Shown: positions 49,891 to 60,841 of the stretch, piece by piece
Position numbering within the stretch: position 1 is the first letter of the stretch
How the letters are laid out: every line of letters starts with the position of its first letter
NCBI GenBank assembly: GCA_045862955.1
Contig: BTVI01000001.1
Location: 100,920 to 164,919, forward strand
DNA from: Fimbriimonadales bacterium
Lineage (GTDB): Bacteria; Armatimonadota; Fimbriimonadia; Fimbriimonadales; JABRVX01
DNA length: 64,000 nucleotides
Direction: 5' to 3'
Position numbers and translations under genes: made by a program
The notes under the pieces: generated by a model
Databases searched by the model: none
What the model saw: only the letters and a program-made list of their open reading frames with translations
Told to the model about the DNA's origin: nothing

Positions 49891-51726
49891 CTAGTTCTCT
49901 GCGGAGTGCAGGCCTCCTGCCGCCGCGCGCAGCCGGACGTTGCCCCGGGTGCCGTCAGGTAGCTCCTGCGGACAGCTCCACACGCAGGCCCCGCAGTGCA
50001 CGCACTTCTCGCGGTCGAAGGCAGGCACACCATCCTCTCCTGGGGTGAGCGCCTGACCCGAGCAGATCTCCACGCATAGCTGCACACCGCACTGCGTGCA
50101 CAGCTCGGGGTACACGAACGCGATGTGGTCGGCGTAACCCGGCGCGCCCTGCACCTTGCCGCCGAGCAACAACGCGTCCTGATGCGACACGAGCAATCGG
50201 CCGTCGTACTCGATGTCCGGCCACCCGGCTCTTCGCATCAGCGCATCGTGAAGGGCGTTGCCTGCGGCTGCCGACTCCCGCTTGGCCTCCTCGATCTCGC
50301 TATGCGAAAGGCGACCCTCGTAATACTGCTCGAGCGTGGTGCGAGGCTTTCGCTTACCGGGCCAAGCAAGCCGGCCGCCCGTGTATGCCGCCAACCCCAT
50401 GCCGATAAGGCCGCGGAGGAAGCCCCGAGTGAACCCGTGTCGCGCGCGTCTCGCCACTCGGCCCTCTCGCTCCAGCCAGCTGCTCCGCCTTCGGGCTAGG
50501 TAGGTGGCTTCGAGGTTTTCGCGCGTGAAGGGCTTGCCCTGGCGCAGCAGGTCTAACACCGCTTCGGCGAGTTGAGCCCCGGTGGTCCAGGCCTCGTCGA
50601 CACCCGAGCCCGTGAGCGCATTAGTGCTCCCCGAGCCTTCGCCAATCCGCGCAAAGCCGTCACCGACGACCGCCGGCTGCGCGGCGAGTCCGCTCTCGTT
50701 CAACGACTTCGCCCCCCACGAGCGGAGCTTCGCTCCCTGCAAGTGGCGCCACAGATAGGGGTGCTGCATCCAGTGCTGCAGATAGCGGTAGGCGGCACGA
50801 ACGGGGCTATCAAGGAAGGAGGGCACGAAGATGCCTAGCGACGCGATCTTGTCCGGGTGAACATACAGAAAGCCGAAGATCTCGGGCTCGGGGTAACCGA
50901 AGGTGTGCAGAACGGTGCCGGGCTCGAGCGCGGTGCCCTCGGGCAGGTCCACCACGAACTTCATTCCCACGGCCCAGTGTTCTGCCTTATCGTCACTCTC
51001 GTTGGGGAAATCGTGAGCCAGCTGCCGCCCGACCGCACCGACGGGTCCGTCACCTACGACCGTTAGATTGGCCCGCACCTCCATGCCGGGAAGGAAGGAC
51101 GGCGTTGGTGAGCCATCCGGCTCCAGCCCCTGGTCGGCTAAGCGGATGCCGATGACGCGCCCGTCTTCGCGCAGAGCTTCGGCCACCGGGCTCGCCGGCC
51201 AGAGTTGGACGGTGCCGGTAGCCATCACACGAGACGCGACCCACTGGTTGAACTGGCCGATGGTCAGGACGAGGCCGCCGTGCTTCTGCAGGAAGGGAGG
51301 GATATAGGGCAGCTCCACCGCCCAGTGCTTCGTCAGCGGCCGGCTAAGCGCATCCAGCAGCTTGGCACCGAGAGATCGGCGGCTGGCGCCGAAGGGATCG
51401 TGAAGGTACACCAGCCTCTCTTCCGTGACCGGATGCGCCATCGGGATGTCGGCGGGATCGAGGTCGGGCATTACCTCGCGGATGCCGCGTGCCCGGGTCA
51501 CGACGCCCGAGACGCCAAAGGCCAGATCGCCCGCCCGTTCGAAGCAGAGCACCTGTGGCGGCAGTCCAGGCATTACCGCACTCTGAAGCGTTGGGTCTTC
51601 GGCAAGGGCACGACTAAGGACGGTGAGGAACCCGCCCATAGCTGGACCGAAGCCCACGCAGGCGATGTCCGCCTCGATGGTCTGCCGCGGGACGTCCGGG
51701 ATCGAATCGAGGGTTCCGTCAGTCAC
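49891..51726 (-). CDS. ETF:quinone oxidoreductase (FixC-like) fused to a FixX-like 4Fe-4S ferredoxin
   Basis: N-terminal FAD motif VGFGPAMG, RIGEGSG, C-terminal CTQC..LCVEIC and CVHCGACVWSC. Confidence 0.85.
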   Translation of the reverse strand: MTDGTLDSIPDVPRQTIEADIACVGFGPAMGGFLTVLSRALAEDPTLQSAVMPGLPPQVLCFERAGDLAFGVSGVVTRARGIREVMPDLDPADIPMAHPVTEERLVYLHDPFGASRRSLGAKLLDALSRPLTKHWAVELPYIPPFLQKHGGLVLTIGQFNQWVASRVMATGTVQLWPASPVAEALREDGRVIGIRLADQGLEPDGSPTPSFLPGMEVRANLTVVGDGPVGAVGRQLAHDFPNESDDKAEHWAVGMKFVVDLPEGTALEPGTVLHTFGYPEPEIFGFLYVHPDKIASLGIFVPSFLDSPVRAAYRYLQHWMQHPYLWRHLQGAKLRSWGAKSLNESGLAAQPAVVGDGFARIGEGSGSTNALTGSGVDEAWTTGAQLAEAVLDLLRQGKPFTRENLEATYLARRRSSWLEREGRVARRARHGFTRGFLRGLIGMGLAAYTGGRLAWPGKRKPRTTLEQYYEGRLSHSEIEEAKRESAAAGNALHDALMRRAGWPDIEYDGRLLVSHQDALLLGGKVQGAPGYADHIAFVYPELCTQCGVQLCVEICSGQALTPGEDGVPAFDREKCVHCGACVWSCPQELPDGTRGNVRLRAAAGGLHSAEN

Positions 51727-51756
51727 AGCGTCACCAGATTAGGTCCCCCGTTGCCC

Positions 51757-51814
51757 CCGACCCCCTCCCAGACCCTCCCCCTTCCGCTTCGCTCCAAGGG
51801 GAGGGGGGTGCCGA
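51757..51814. repeat. Intergenic REP-like palindrome
   Basis: CCCTCCCCCTT...AAGGGGAGGG hairpin preceded by a C-rich tag, between the acyl-CoA dehydrogenase and fixCX genes. Confidence 0.7.
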
Positions 51815-51919
51815 AGCGTCGGTCTTGCTCTGAAAGTGCACTGTGTTGGTAGGGCCTATCCGATGCCTCCATCGCAAGCAGCGGCATGAGGAGCCTTGGC
51901 AGCGATGTGCGCTTGGGAA

Positions 51920-54157
51920 TCACTGCGGGTAGTCCAGTGCTTCGGGGATCATCACGTGGGTGAGAGCCTCGGCGGCACGGTCCTTGGCCAGTCGCGCGCC
52001 CGTCAAGCAGCCGTCCAGACGCGCCCGCAGCCGAGCGAAGCTCTCGTAGCCGCTGAACCCGACGCACGGGCCGGCCTTGTCCGCGTGCAGACCGGATTCG
52101 TCGATCGTGTCGCCCTCCACCAAGGCACTCGCCCCCATGCCGGGTATCAGGCTCTCCAGCGCGATAACGTCCGGGGCCGAATAGCAGGCATCGGGCTGGC
52201 CGTCCCAGGCCGGGTGCCGATTGTAGCCGTAGATCAGCTCGGAGCAGATGCGGCCCACTTCTCCGGCTGCGCGCGCGGCCTGTACGTGCGCCAGGTCTGT
52301 GAAGAACTGCACGTATGCATCCAGGGCATCGCGAGGCATTGCGGATTCCCCGTTCTCTTCCAGCGCCAGCACATCCGAGATGAGGCACTTGGCTGCGAGC
52401 AGCCAGCAAAGGGCGTCCGCCATCGGAAAGGCCACCCCTTGCCTGCGGCTGTGGAACAGCGCTTCGCCGTTGGCGTCCTTCGCCTCGCGCAGGTGCCGCA
52501 GCGTGAAGAGCCACAAGTCGAAGGCAGAGGCAAGCGTGCAGGCTCCGGTGCCTGGTCGTTTTCCGGCGACAGCTCTCAGCTCTCTGATCCACAGTCGGAC
52601 CTGCTCGAGGAAAACTTCGTTCACCATGGTGACCGAAAGCTGGCGGCGCTGTACCGCCTCTGGGCCTTCATAGGTCGCTTCGAGCTGGGCATCCATCCAC
52701 TTGTGCCCGAGGAAGCCAGGGCAGTCTTCGGTGATGCCGTAACCGCCCATCAGGCTCACGGCCTCGCGCATCATGCTTGCGCCATGCCCGGTGTTCCACA
52801 GCTTGCATGCGGGGCAGAGCACTTGTGACAGGGAGTCCAGAACGACGTACTGAACCAACGGATCAGCCTTCAGTTCGGCATGTCTGGCACCGCGCCGCGC
52901 GGGCGGGAGGGCATCCATGCGCAAGAAGTCGATCGCGTCTGGCGTGAGCCTCTGGAACTCGCGCAGTTGCGCGCGCCCCCCTTTGATGCCCTTCTCTTGG
53001 AAGATGCGATCCTTCTCCTTCTCCAGTGGGTCGAACTCGTCGAAGAGGCGTGCCGCAGCGAATCCGAGCGACGCGCTGGCCTCGCCTGTAGCCCACACGT
53101 CCACCAGGCGGTGTAGGGCGTCTTCGTTTTGCTGCAGACCCTGCTCGTAGCGTGGCGTTCCAGGTGTGGCGGCGGTTCCACCACGGAACCGACTGCGCTG
53201 GTATCGGATCACCGGCTCGATGGCTGAGAGGAGTTTCGCCGCGGTCATTAGTCCGACCGTGACTCGGGTGCGGCGGAACACCGCCTCAATGATCGCGGAG
53301 TGGTTGTAGTTGGGGACGATGACCCCGTCCTGCACCGTGTAGCCGCCGACGATACGCGAGGCAGGAACGCGAAGGCTAAGCACGGGATCGCGTGTAGACG
53401 AGAGCTGGTGCACCAGCTTGCGGGTAGGGACGCCTCGGTCGAACGTTCCTGGGTCGTCCTCGTGCAGGATGACGACGAAGCTGCCTTTGATCCGCTCGTC
53501 GGTGGAGGTGACGGCCGCCGTCACGAAGTTGGCAAATGCCATGTTCGTGATGAAGCGACCGCGCTTGTCGATCTGCAGGATAGGCTCGCCGTCCTCCGGC
53601 CACTCGGCGATGCGCGCTGCCCCGGAAAGCACGTTGGTGTCCACACCGACGTAGGGGAGCGGCTCGGTCAAGGCGAACGCGCCGCGCCACTGCTCCCTAT
53701 TCTCGCCGGGCTGTGGCGGGACGCAATGCGAGAGGTACAGTGCGCGCTGTTCGGGGGTGCCGCGCTCGTGAATGGGTGAGAGCGCTAGATTGCCCGCGAG
53801 GCTGCACGTCGCCGCGCCGGCATCCACCCATGCCAGCTCGAAAGCGATGAGGGCGAGAGCGAGGTTCTTCGGACCTTCGATATAGCCGCCTTGCTCCGGG
53901 TCCATGAAGGCCGTAGTGATGCCTGCAGCATCGAATTCAGCGAGCAGAGAGTGCTTGGTGTCCGTCCATTCGTGGGTGTTGCGACCACCTTCGGCAACGA
54001 CTCGTGCGACGGGTCCTCGGGCCACCCCTCGCGCGGACTGCACGAGCATCTGCAGGTCGTACCGATCCGCGAAACGCCACATGACCTGCCGGACTTCGTC
54101 GCCGGGAAGCGCGGGCAGCTTCGTCACTGCGTTAGGGGCTTGGGCGTGAGTTTCCAT
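51920..54157 (-). CDS. Acyl-CoA dehydrogenase family protein (long form)
   Basis: GAFALTEP, KRGRFITN, SLMGGYG, TYEGPEAVQ; ATG 54157 after AAAGGA. Confidence 0.9.
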   Translation of the reverse strand: METHAQAPNAVTKLPALPGDEVRQVMWRFADRYDLQMLVQSARGVARGPVARVVAEGGRNTHEWTDTKHSLLAEFDAAGITTAFMDPEQGGYIEGPKNLALALIAFELAWVDAGAATCSLAGNLALSPIHERGTPEQRALYLSHCVPPQPGENREQWRGAFALTEPLPYVGVDTNVLSGAARIAEWPEDGEPILQIDKRGRFITNMAFANFVTAAVTSTDERIKGSFVVILHEDDPGTFDRGVPTRKLVHQLSSTRDPVLSLRVPASRIVGGYTVQDGVIVPNYNHSAIIEAVFRRTRVTVGLMTAAKLLSAIEPVIRYQRSRFRGGTAATPGTPRYEQGLQQNEDALHRLVDVWATGEASASLGFAAARLFDEFDPLEKEKDRIFQEKGIKGGRAQLREFQRLTPDAIDFLRMDALPPARRGARHAELKADPLVQYVVLDSLSQVLCPACKLWNTGHGASMMREAVSLMGGYGITEDCPGFLGHKWMDAQLEATYEGPEAVQRRQLSVTMVNEVFLEQVRLWIRELRAVAGKRPGTGACTLASAFDLWLFTLRHLREAKDANGEALFHSRRQGVAFPMADALCWLLAAKCLISDVLALEENGESAMPRDALDAYVQFFTDLAHVQAARAAGEVGRICSELIYGYNRHPAWDGQPDACYSAPDVIALESLIPGMGASALVEGDTIDESGLHADKAGPCVGFSGYESFARLRARLDGCLTGARLAKDRAAEALTHVMIPEALDYPQ

Positions 54158-54347
54158 CTGAGACAGGTCCTTTCGCACGCACAATTCGCCGCGAGGCCCG
54201 TCGGCTCCTTTCGCCGATGGGTCCTTCGCAACGGGGTACGAGCCACATCGTACTCCCCTTAGGACCGACCTTGGGAGGTCCGACGGAGCGAGCGTGGAAC
54301 TCCGATGATGGAGTGCGGGAGACGATAGGCAGAGGGAGGTCCTTGCC

Positions 54348-56240
54348 TTGAGATCGTTCGAGGCGCGAAGCGACAAGCCGGGGCGGTGGTGCCGCGCAAC
54401 GTGTGCGGTGCTGCTGCTCGGCGCGTCGGCACTCGCGCTCGCCAAGTCCTACGACCACCCGCTGATCGAGCAGACGTTCCACCTGCTGCCGAACGGGGAC
54501 GCCGAGGTCACCGATATCCGCACTTACCGTTTCAGTGGCTCCTTCTCGTGGGCAGACTTGCGGCTGCAGACCACGGGGCAGTACGGCTCTTACGGCATCG
54601 AGTACCAGGGCGCGAAGGACGCCGACACGGGGGAGGTGCTGCCCTCGGAGCAGTTCTCGGAAGGTGAAGAGCAGGTCCTTAAGTGGAGCTACAGGGCTCA
54701 GGACGAGACCAAGCGCTTCGAACTTCGCTACCGAATCACGGGGGCCGTCCAGCGGTACCACGATGCCGCTCACTTCTACTGGAAGGCCATCGAGGACAAG
54801 CACGCGCCCATCGAGACGGTGCGCATTCGGATCGTCCCGCCCAAGCCGAGCCCAACTCTGTTCAAGGTGTTCGTACACAGCCTCGCGGACCCTGGGAAGC
54901 TCACGATTGCCGACGACTTCAGCCAGGCGGACGTGGAGCAGTCGCGTATACCCGAGAGCAGCTTCGTTGAGCTGCGAGTGTTTCTCGATCCGGCCATCTT
55001 TCCGAACGCCGGAGTGCTATCCGGCCAGACCTACGAATCGCTCTTGGAGGACGAGCGGCAGAACTTCGAGCGCGTGAGCGCCGATTATGCTGCGCTGCGG
55101 CTCAGGCAGAAGCTGGATAAAGGTCTCTGGGCGCTTGCCGGCCTGCTGTTCGTGGCTCAGATGGGAGCGCTCATATGGGCGTATCGCGAGCATGGGCGCG
55201 AGCCGCGGATCGCCTACGACGCCGTCTACGAGCGAGAGCCTCCTAGAGAGATACCTCCCGCCGTGGTGCCCGCCATTCTGCCTCAGGTAGGTTACGACAG
55301 ATCGGCCATGGGCAACGCCTTTGCAGCCACGCTCCTGGAGGCGGCGAGGCTGGGTTACCTGGAAATCAGGGAGGTCGAGGATTCGGGCCTTCTCGGCCTC
55401 GGGCTTTTCAAGGGTACGGACCTGGTGTACTCGCTGACCGACAAGGGCAGAGCTTTGCTTGCGGGCCGCCCTGTGGACCTGAAGCGTAAGGAGCGGCCGC
55501 TGCAACCCTTCGAAGTGGATGTTCTTCGTGTCGCATTCGTCGAGGCGGGCTCGGGCGATACCGTAACCAGCGACATGATCGAGAAGTGGGGCAAGGAGAT
55601 GGTGGGGCAGAAGAGCCGGTTCCTAATCTTCATCGAGAGTTGGGGGCCGGAGCTTCGGACGTGGTTCGAACGAACTTACTTTCCGTTGGACGATCAGGTG
55701 AGTGCGCGATGGAAGACCATGCTCACGGTGACGAGCTTCTTGATACCACTACCCCTGCTCTTCACCACTCCGCCCGTGGGATGGGTGGTCGGCTTCCTCG
55801 CAGCCGGGATGTGTGTGCTCATCGCGCAGGCATCGCTCGGCAGGCGCACCCCGGAGGCCGCACTGGAGTATCACCGGTGGCAGGCGTTCAAGCGGATGAT
55901 GACCGACTTCACCGCGCTGAAGAGCGCCGGTCCGGAGTACCTGCCACTCTGGGAGCTGTACCTGGTATATGCAACGGCCCTCGGGGTCGCGGACAAGCTG
56001 CTCGACAACCTGAAGATGGTAGCGAAGGAGTTCCAGCAGGACCTACCGGCCGCCGTGTGGTTCCACAGCCGAAGCGGGGTGCCGGGTCAGATGAACCTCG
56101 CGTCGCTCAATGCGCTGTCATCCTCTATGTCGAACTTCAACAGCATGGCGAAAGCCCTCTCGAGTAGTACGTCGTCGGGAGGTGGATTCAGCGGCGGCGG
56201 AGGTGGTGGAGGAGGCGGGGGAAGTAGCAGTGCGGGTTAG
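54348..56240 (+). CDS. DUF2207-family membrane protein
   Basis: Signal peptide, extracytoplasmic domain, TM helices, WELYLVYATALG, Gly/Ser-rich tail; adjacent to lemA. Confidence 0.85.
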   Translation: MRSFEARSDKPGRWCRATCAVLLLGASALALAKSYDHPLIEQTFHLLPNGDAEVTDIRTYRFSGSFSWADLRLQTTGQYGSYGIEYQGAKDADTGEVLPSEQFSEGEEQVLKWSYRAQDETKRFELRYRITGAVQRYHDAAHFYWKAIEDKHAPIETVRIRIVPPKPSPTLFKVFVHSLADPGKLTIADDFSQADVEQSRIPESSFVELRVFLDPAIFPNAGVLSGQTYESLLEDERQNFERVSADYAALRLRQKLDKGLWALAGLLFVAQMGALIWAYREHGREPRIAYDAVYEREPPREIPPAVVPAILPQVGYDRSAMGNAFAATLLEAARLGYLEIREVEDSGLLGLGLFKGTDLVYSLTDKGRALLAGRPVDLKRKERPLQPFEVDVLRVAFVEAGSGDTVTSDMIEKWGKEMVGQKSRFLIFIESWGPELRTWFERTYFPLDDQVSARWKTMLTVTSFLIPLPLLFTTPPVGWVVGFLAAGMCVLIAQASLGRRTPEAALEYHRWQAFKRMMTDFTALKSAGPEYLPLWELYLVYATALGVADKLLDNLKMVAKEFQQDLPAAVWFHSRSGVPGQMNLASLNALSSSMSNFNSMAKALSSSTSSGGGFSGGGGGGGGGGSSSAG

Positions 56241-56285
56241 TGCCACTGGTCGGGTTTCGGAGAGAAGGAAGGAGATAGTCGGAAT

Positions 56286-56846
56286 ATGGTCTGGGTGTTA
56301 GCAATAATCATTCTGGCAGTCCTGATTGTGGCTGCCTGGCTCGTGGGCTCGTACAACCGCCTCGTTACGCAGCGAAACCGCTGCCACAACGCGATGGCGC
56401 AGATCGACGTGCAGTTGAAGCGACGACACGACCTGATCCCCAACCTAGTGGAGACGGTTAAGGGCTACGCCACGCACGAGAAGGAGGCCTTCGAGAAAGT
56501 GAGCGAGTATCGCGCGAAGGCCATGTCGGCGGGCACGGTGGGGGAGAAGTCGCAGACGGAGAACATGCTGACGCAGGCTCTTCGCTCGGTGTTCGCCATC
56601 GCCGAAGCCTATCCAGAGCTGAAGGCGAACCAGAATTTTCTGCAGTTGCAGGACGAGCTGAGCGATACAGAGAGCAAGATCGGCTATGCACGGCAGATCT
56701 ACAACGACAGCGTGATGCTGTATGAGAACGCGCGCCAAACGTTCCCGACCGTGTTGCTCGCACAGATGTTCGGCTTCGGCAAGGAGGAGTATTTCGAGCT
56801 GGATGCCACACCGGAGCAGCGCGAGGCACCGCAGGTGAGGTTCTGA
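56286..56846 (+). CDS. lemA: LemA family protein
   Basis: YNRLV...IDVQLKRRHDLIPNLVETVKGYA...EAYPELKANQNF. Confidence 0.95.
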   Translation: MVWVLAIIILAVLIVAAWLVGSYNRLVTQRNRCHNAMAQIDVQLKRRHDLIPNLVETVKGYATHEKEAFEKVSEYRAKAMSAGTVGEKSQTENMLTQALRSVFAIAEAYPELKANQNFLQLQDELSDTESKIGYARQIYNDSVMLYENARQTFPTVLLAQMFGFGKEEYFELDATPEQREAPQVRF

Positions 56847-56914
56847 AGGGCACACTCGAGTGCCTAGGTGGTAGTGTTGTTGGGTGAGATATCGGAGCTA
56901 GACAGGTCCCGGTC

Positions 56915-57098
56915 CGTCAGGCTGAGCGCGTCGAAGTATGACCGTGCCTACCGCGCGTGGACGCCTTCCGATACCACGCTGGCCCCATGCGCCGTCATGC
57001 TGAGCGCGTCGAAGTATGACCGTGCCTACCGCGCGTGGACGCCTTCCGATACCACGCTGGCCCCATGCGCCGTCATGCTGAGCGCGTCGAAGTATGAC
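56915..57098. repeat. Tandem 78-bp repeat with three CGTC-tagged hairpins
   Basis: CGTCA(G/T)GCTGAGCGCGTCGAAGTATGAC at 56915, 56993 and 57071, separated by identical 50-bp spacers. Confidence 0.9.
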
Positions 57099-57121
57099 AG
57101 ACCGAGAAGGAGTAGAAGAAC

Positions 57122-58828
57122 ATGAGGGATGTAGTAGCACTGATAGCTACGCTGATGATGATCATCAGCGGTGTGGCGCAAGTGATGTCGCCGAGGCCAT
57201 CGGACAGCAATAAACCCCCGGAGGTGATCAAGGTGCAGACCTGGGAAGTGGATCCGTTGGTCAAGCTTTTCCCCGACAGCAAACCCGAGGGGCACTCACC
57301 CATTGTGTGCGAGGCTGCCAAGGGTGAGACCGCCACATGGCAGATCGCGCTGCGGTGTGACCGGCCGGTAACCGACCTCGAGGCTGCCGTCAGCGCGTTC
57401 GCGATACGCGGAGGCGACGCACATCTTTCGGGAGCGCGAGTGCGCTACGTGGGATACGTACCGGTGGATCGCGGGCTGCCGGCGCCGCCGGCAGATAGAC
57501 TCCGCGTTCCTCCATGCCTCTACCCCGACCCTCTCCTCGAGCGAGCACCCGAGATCGAGGCAGGTACCACACACGCTGTGTGGATCAGCCTTGCAGTCCC
57601 GATGGATGCGAAGGCCGGTGAGTACGCCGCCACGTTGACACTGTCAGGGCATGCCGAGGGCAAAGCCGTGGTGGGAAAGCACGAGCTGCGCCTACGCGTC
57701 TATGACGTGACAGTGGGCAAGTCGCGCCTATGGGTGACGAACTGGTTCTGGAACAACGCCCGCCACATGGAACTGAAAGTCGAAGTGGATACGCCGGCCT
57801 ACTGGGCCCTGCTTGCCAGATATGCGCTGAACATGGCGGAGCATCGCCAGAACGTGGCCATCGTTCCCGTACTAGCTCTGACCGAGTTCCGCCCGAAGCA
57901 GGGCGGCGGATGGAGCATGGACTTCTCGCGCTTCAACCGGTGGGTCAATACGTTCATCCGAGCAGGCGTGATCGGTAGGATCGAAGGCGGTCACATCGGA
58001 GGGCGCGAGGGGGACTGGGAGTCGCGGTTCCTAGCGCAGGTTCCCACCGTGGTTGACGGCGCGGTGCGCATGACGAATGTGCCTGCGGATAGTCCCGAGG
58101 CGGACGCCTTCTACGCCGAGTTCTTCCCTGCCCTCCTAGAGAACCTGCGTAGCAACGGGTGGCTGAACATCTATATGCAACACCTGGCCGACGAACCCAT
58201 AGCCTCCAACATCGCCAGCTACCGAGCTCTAGCAGCTCTCGTCAGGAAGTACGCGCCGGGAGTACCGATTATCGAGGCGTGCCACACGAAGGACCTCGTC
58301 GGCTCAGTGGACGTGTGGGTGCCTCAGCTCAACTATCTGCACCAAGACTTCGAGCACTACCAGCAGCGGCAGGCGGCGGGCGAGGAGGTTTGGCACTACA
58401 CCTGTATCTATCCGATGGGGGAGTATGCGAATCGCTTCATCGAACACCCTCTGATAAAGACCCGTCTGCTGCACTGGATCAACTACCGCTATGGCATCAC
58501 TGGGTACCTGCACTGGGGCTATAACCACTGGGGCGAGCGAAACCCCTATGAGAACCTGACAGGACCCTTCGACAGTCATGGGTATCTGCCGGCAGGTGAT
58601 GCGTGGATCGTGTATCCCGGAAAGGATGGACCCATCGACTCGATTCGGTGGGAGACGATGCGTGACGGGATCGCGGACTACGAGCTGCTGTGCATGTTGG
58701 GCGAGCGCGACCCTGAAGCAGCAAAGCGCCTGGCGGAGAGGCACATCCTGGCATTCGATCGGTACGATACCGATGTGACCGTCTTTCGGCAGACGCGGCG
58801 AGAGCTGCTGCAGCGACTCTCCCGGTAA
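57122..58828 (+). CDS. Secreted DUF4091/GH123-like glycoside hydrolase
   Basis: Signal peptide; [43 protein letters not shown]. Confidence 0.8.
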   Translation: MRDVVALIATLMMIISGVAQVMSPRPSDSNKPPEVIKVQTWEVDPLVKLFPDSKPEGHSPIVCEAAKGETATWQIALRCDRPVTDLEAAVSAFAIRGGDAHLSGARVRYVGYVPVDRGLPAPPADRLRVPPCLYPDPLLERAPEIEAGTTHAVWISLAVPMDAKAGEYAATLTLSGHAEGKAVVGKHELRLRVYDVTVGKSRLWVTNWFWNNARHMELKVEVDTPAYWALLARYALNMAEHRQNVAIVPVLALTEFRPKQGGGWSMDFSRFNRWVNTFIRAGVIGRIEGGHIGGREGDWESRFLAQVPTVVDGAVRMTNVPADSPEADAFYAEFFPALLENLRSNGWLNIYMQHLADEPIASNIASYRALAALVRKYAPGVPIIEACHTKDLVGSVDVWVPQLNYLHQDFEHYQQRQAAGEEVWHYTCIYPMGEYANRFIEHPLIKTRLLHWINYRYGITGYLHWGYNHWGERNPYENLTGPFDSHGYLPAGDAWIVYPGKDGPIDSIRWETMRDGIADYELLCMLGERDPEAAKRLAERHILAFDRYDTDVTVFRQTRRELLQRLSR

Positions 58829-58922
58829 TGCCGGGGTCCCCCGGGCTCGCGCGATAACGTTACCGCGACGGGAACTATCTCGTCGGATCGAGCCTATATC
58901 TTCATCAGGGGGTGAAGACAAG

Positions 58923-59414
58923 TTGGAGAGTCAGGTCGCGACGTTTGCCGCCGGTTGCTTCTGGGGAGTGGAAGAGGCGTTTCGGCAGGTAGGGGGAGTG
59001 CTGAGTACCGAGGTGGGCTACACGGGAGGTACGGTGGCGTACCCGACCTACCACGAGGTGTGCTCGGGGCGCACCGGCCACGCAGAGGCGGTTCGCGTTA
59101 CGTTCGATCCGGCGGTGGTCTCTTACGGGGAGCTACTGGACCTGTTCTGGAGCATCCACGACCCGACCACACTCAACCGCCAAGGCCCAGACATCGGATC
59201 ACAGTATCGGTCCACCATCTTCTACCATTCGCCCGAGCAGGAGCAGGAGGCCAGGGCGTCACTGCGGGCGCAGGAGAGCTCCGGCCAGTACGGCCGGCCC
59301 ATCGTGACGCAAATCGAACCAGCGCAGGAGTTCTACCTAGCAGAGGAATACCATCAGCAGTATCTCGCGAAACGTGGATTGGGCAGCTGTCACGCGCGTC
59401 GACCGAAGTTGTGA
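58923..59414 (+). CDS. msrA: Peptide-methionine (S)-S-oxide reductase
   Basis: [35 protein letters not shown]. Confidence 0.96.
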   Translation: MESQVATFAAGCFWGVEEAFRQVGGVLSTEVGYTGGTVAYPTYHEVCSGRTGHAEAVRVTFDPAVVSYGELLDLFWSIHDPTTLNRQGPDIGSQYRSTIFYHSPEQEQEARASLRAQESSGQYGRPIVTQIEPAQEFYLAEEYHQQYLAKRGLGSCHARRPKL

Positions 59415-59440
59415 TATATTATTGAAGAAGGTGTCACACG

Positions 59441-59674
59441 ATGGGCTTTCGGTTTCAGCGGCGGTTACGTCTCGGGAAGGGACTGTGGGTCAATCTCAGC
59501 AAGAGCGGCGCCGGCTTCAGTGTCGGCCGACGCGGTCTGCGGTTCAGCATAAGCCCGAAGGGCAGGAAGCAGGTCTCGGTGGGAGTTCCTGGAACGGGCA
59601 TGTCGTACCGCACGGGGTGCCTTCTGCCCTTGGCCCTGCTGTTACTCGCGCTCGCCTCGTTCCTGCTCAGATAA
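59441..59674 (+). CDS. DUF4236-domain small protein
   Basis: MGFRFQRRLRLGKGLWVNLSKSG...GVPGTGMSY signature plus C-terminal hydrophobic helix. Confidence 0.8.
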   Translation: MGFRFQRRLRLGKGLWVNLSKSGAGFSVGRRGLRFSISPKGRKQVSVGVPGTGMSYRTGCLLPLALLLLALASFLLR

Positions 59675-60356
59675 CTCGCCAGATGTGCACCAGGCAATAG
59701 TATAATCCGACGAGCACGAACACGGTGCCCGTCAACTTGCGCGCAACCGACTCGAACCGCGTGAGGGCACGGTGAGCGCGGGCAGCGGCCTGCACACCCA
59801 TCGCGAGAAACAGACCACACACGAGTACCGGGAGGCCGGTCGCCACACCATACACCGCTGGTACTAACACGTTCGACTTCGCCTGCACTGCAACCGGCAC
59901 TAGGCTGCCGAAGAACAGCGCCGCGGACGCTGGGCAAAACGACAGCGCAAACAACACTCCTAACAACAACGCACCGAACAGACCCATCCGCTCTGCGCGC
60001 TGACCAATCGCTGCGCTAACCGACACTCCTGGCGTTTTCGGTGTGAGCATTCCGAGCAACACCATTCCGACGAGGATCAGTAGCGGACCCAGCAGTTGGT
60101 TCATGTATCGCTGAAGCAGGCTAGATAGGTACGGCGCCGAGAGCAGCCCGGAGACGAGCAGCACCCCCAGCACTGTGTATGCGATGGTCCTGCCTAAAGT
60201 GTACAGGGCCCCAGTGGCCACTGCAGAGCTTGTTCCATTCGCCTTGCGCGAGACGAAGGAGAGCGCGGCGAGATTCGTGGCCAGCGGGCATGGGCTGACA
60301 GCGGTCAGCAGGCCCAGCCAAAAGGCCGTCCCCGTCGCCAGGAGCACTTCGGTCAT
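59667..60356 (-). CDS. ArsG-like / DsbD-CcdA-type membrane protein
   Basis: LLTAVSPCPLATN and ALSFCPASA Cys-bearing TM helices. Confidence 0.8.
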   Translation of the reverse strand: MTEVLLATGTAFWLGLLTAVSPCPLATNLAALSFVSRKANGTSSAVATGALYTLGRTIAYTVLGVLLVSGLLSAPYLSSLLQRYMNQLLGPLLILVGMVLLGMLTPKTPGVSVSAAIGQRAERMGLFGALLLGVLFALSFCPASAALFFGSLVPVAVQAKSNVLVPAVYGVATGLPVLVCGLFLAMGVQAAARAHRALTRFESVARKLTGTVFVLVGLYYCLVHIWRVI

Positions 60357-60841
60357 GACTTCTTGCCGGCAGCCAGCATCACGTTGATCTCGCGGGTCAG
60401 GTAGTCGCGGAATTTTGCAGGCTCACTCGTCAACAGCCACACTTCGTCGAGGGACTTCCACCCTGCTCGCTTCCCCTTCTCGTAGCGGGCCACGATGACG
60501 CTGCTCGAGATGAGCTCATACTCCCTAACAAACGAATCGTTCCCCGGCTCGTCAACGTTGATCACCTGAAACACCATGCGACCGCTCTCGAGTTCCTTAG
60601 CGTACACGTCGTGAACGATCTGGCTCGTCAGGTCCTCGATCTTCAGGCAGGTCGGGCAGCGCTGCGTGCGATGGAAGTAGAAGACCATCAGATCGGGAGG
60701 TCGAATCTCCACCTGCCGTGTGGTCGCGGGATTCGATTCCCTCTGGATACCCTGCGTGTTGCCCCCTCCCAGCCCGAGATAGGCCAGGCTTGCACCGACG
60801 AACAGGAGAAGTCCCCATTTCACCAAACTGCCAGCAAGCAT
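60353..60841 (-). CDS. ArsF-like thioredoxin-fold protein with membrane anchor
   Basis: ATG overlaps the upstream TGA; TM helix; VFYFHRTQRCPTCLKIE. Confidence 0.8.
   Translation of the reverse strand: MLAGSLVKWGLLLFVGASLAYLGLGGGNTQGIQRESNPATTRQVEIRPPDLMVFYFHRTQRCPTCLKIEDLTSQIVHDVYAKELESGRMVFQVINVDEPGNDSFVREYELISSSVIVARYEKGKRAGWKSLDEVWLLTSEPAKFRDYLTREINVMLAAGKKS

Noticed and set aside
56915..57098. CRISPR-like array (28-bp repeats at regular spacing)
   Set aside because: Spacers are identical, the repeat belongs to the dispersed CGTC palindrome family, and no cas genes are present.
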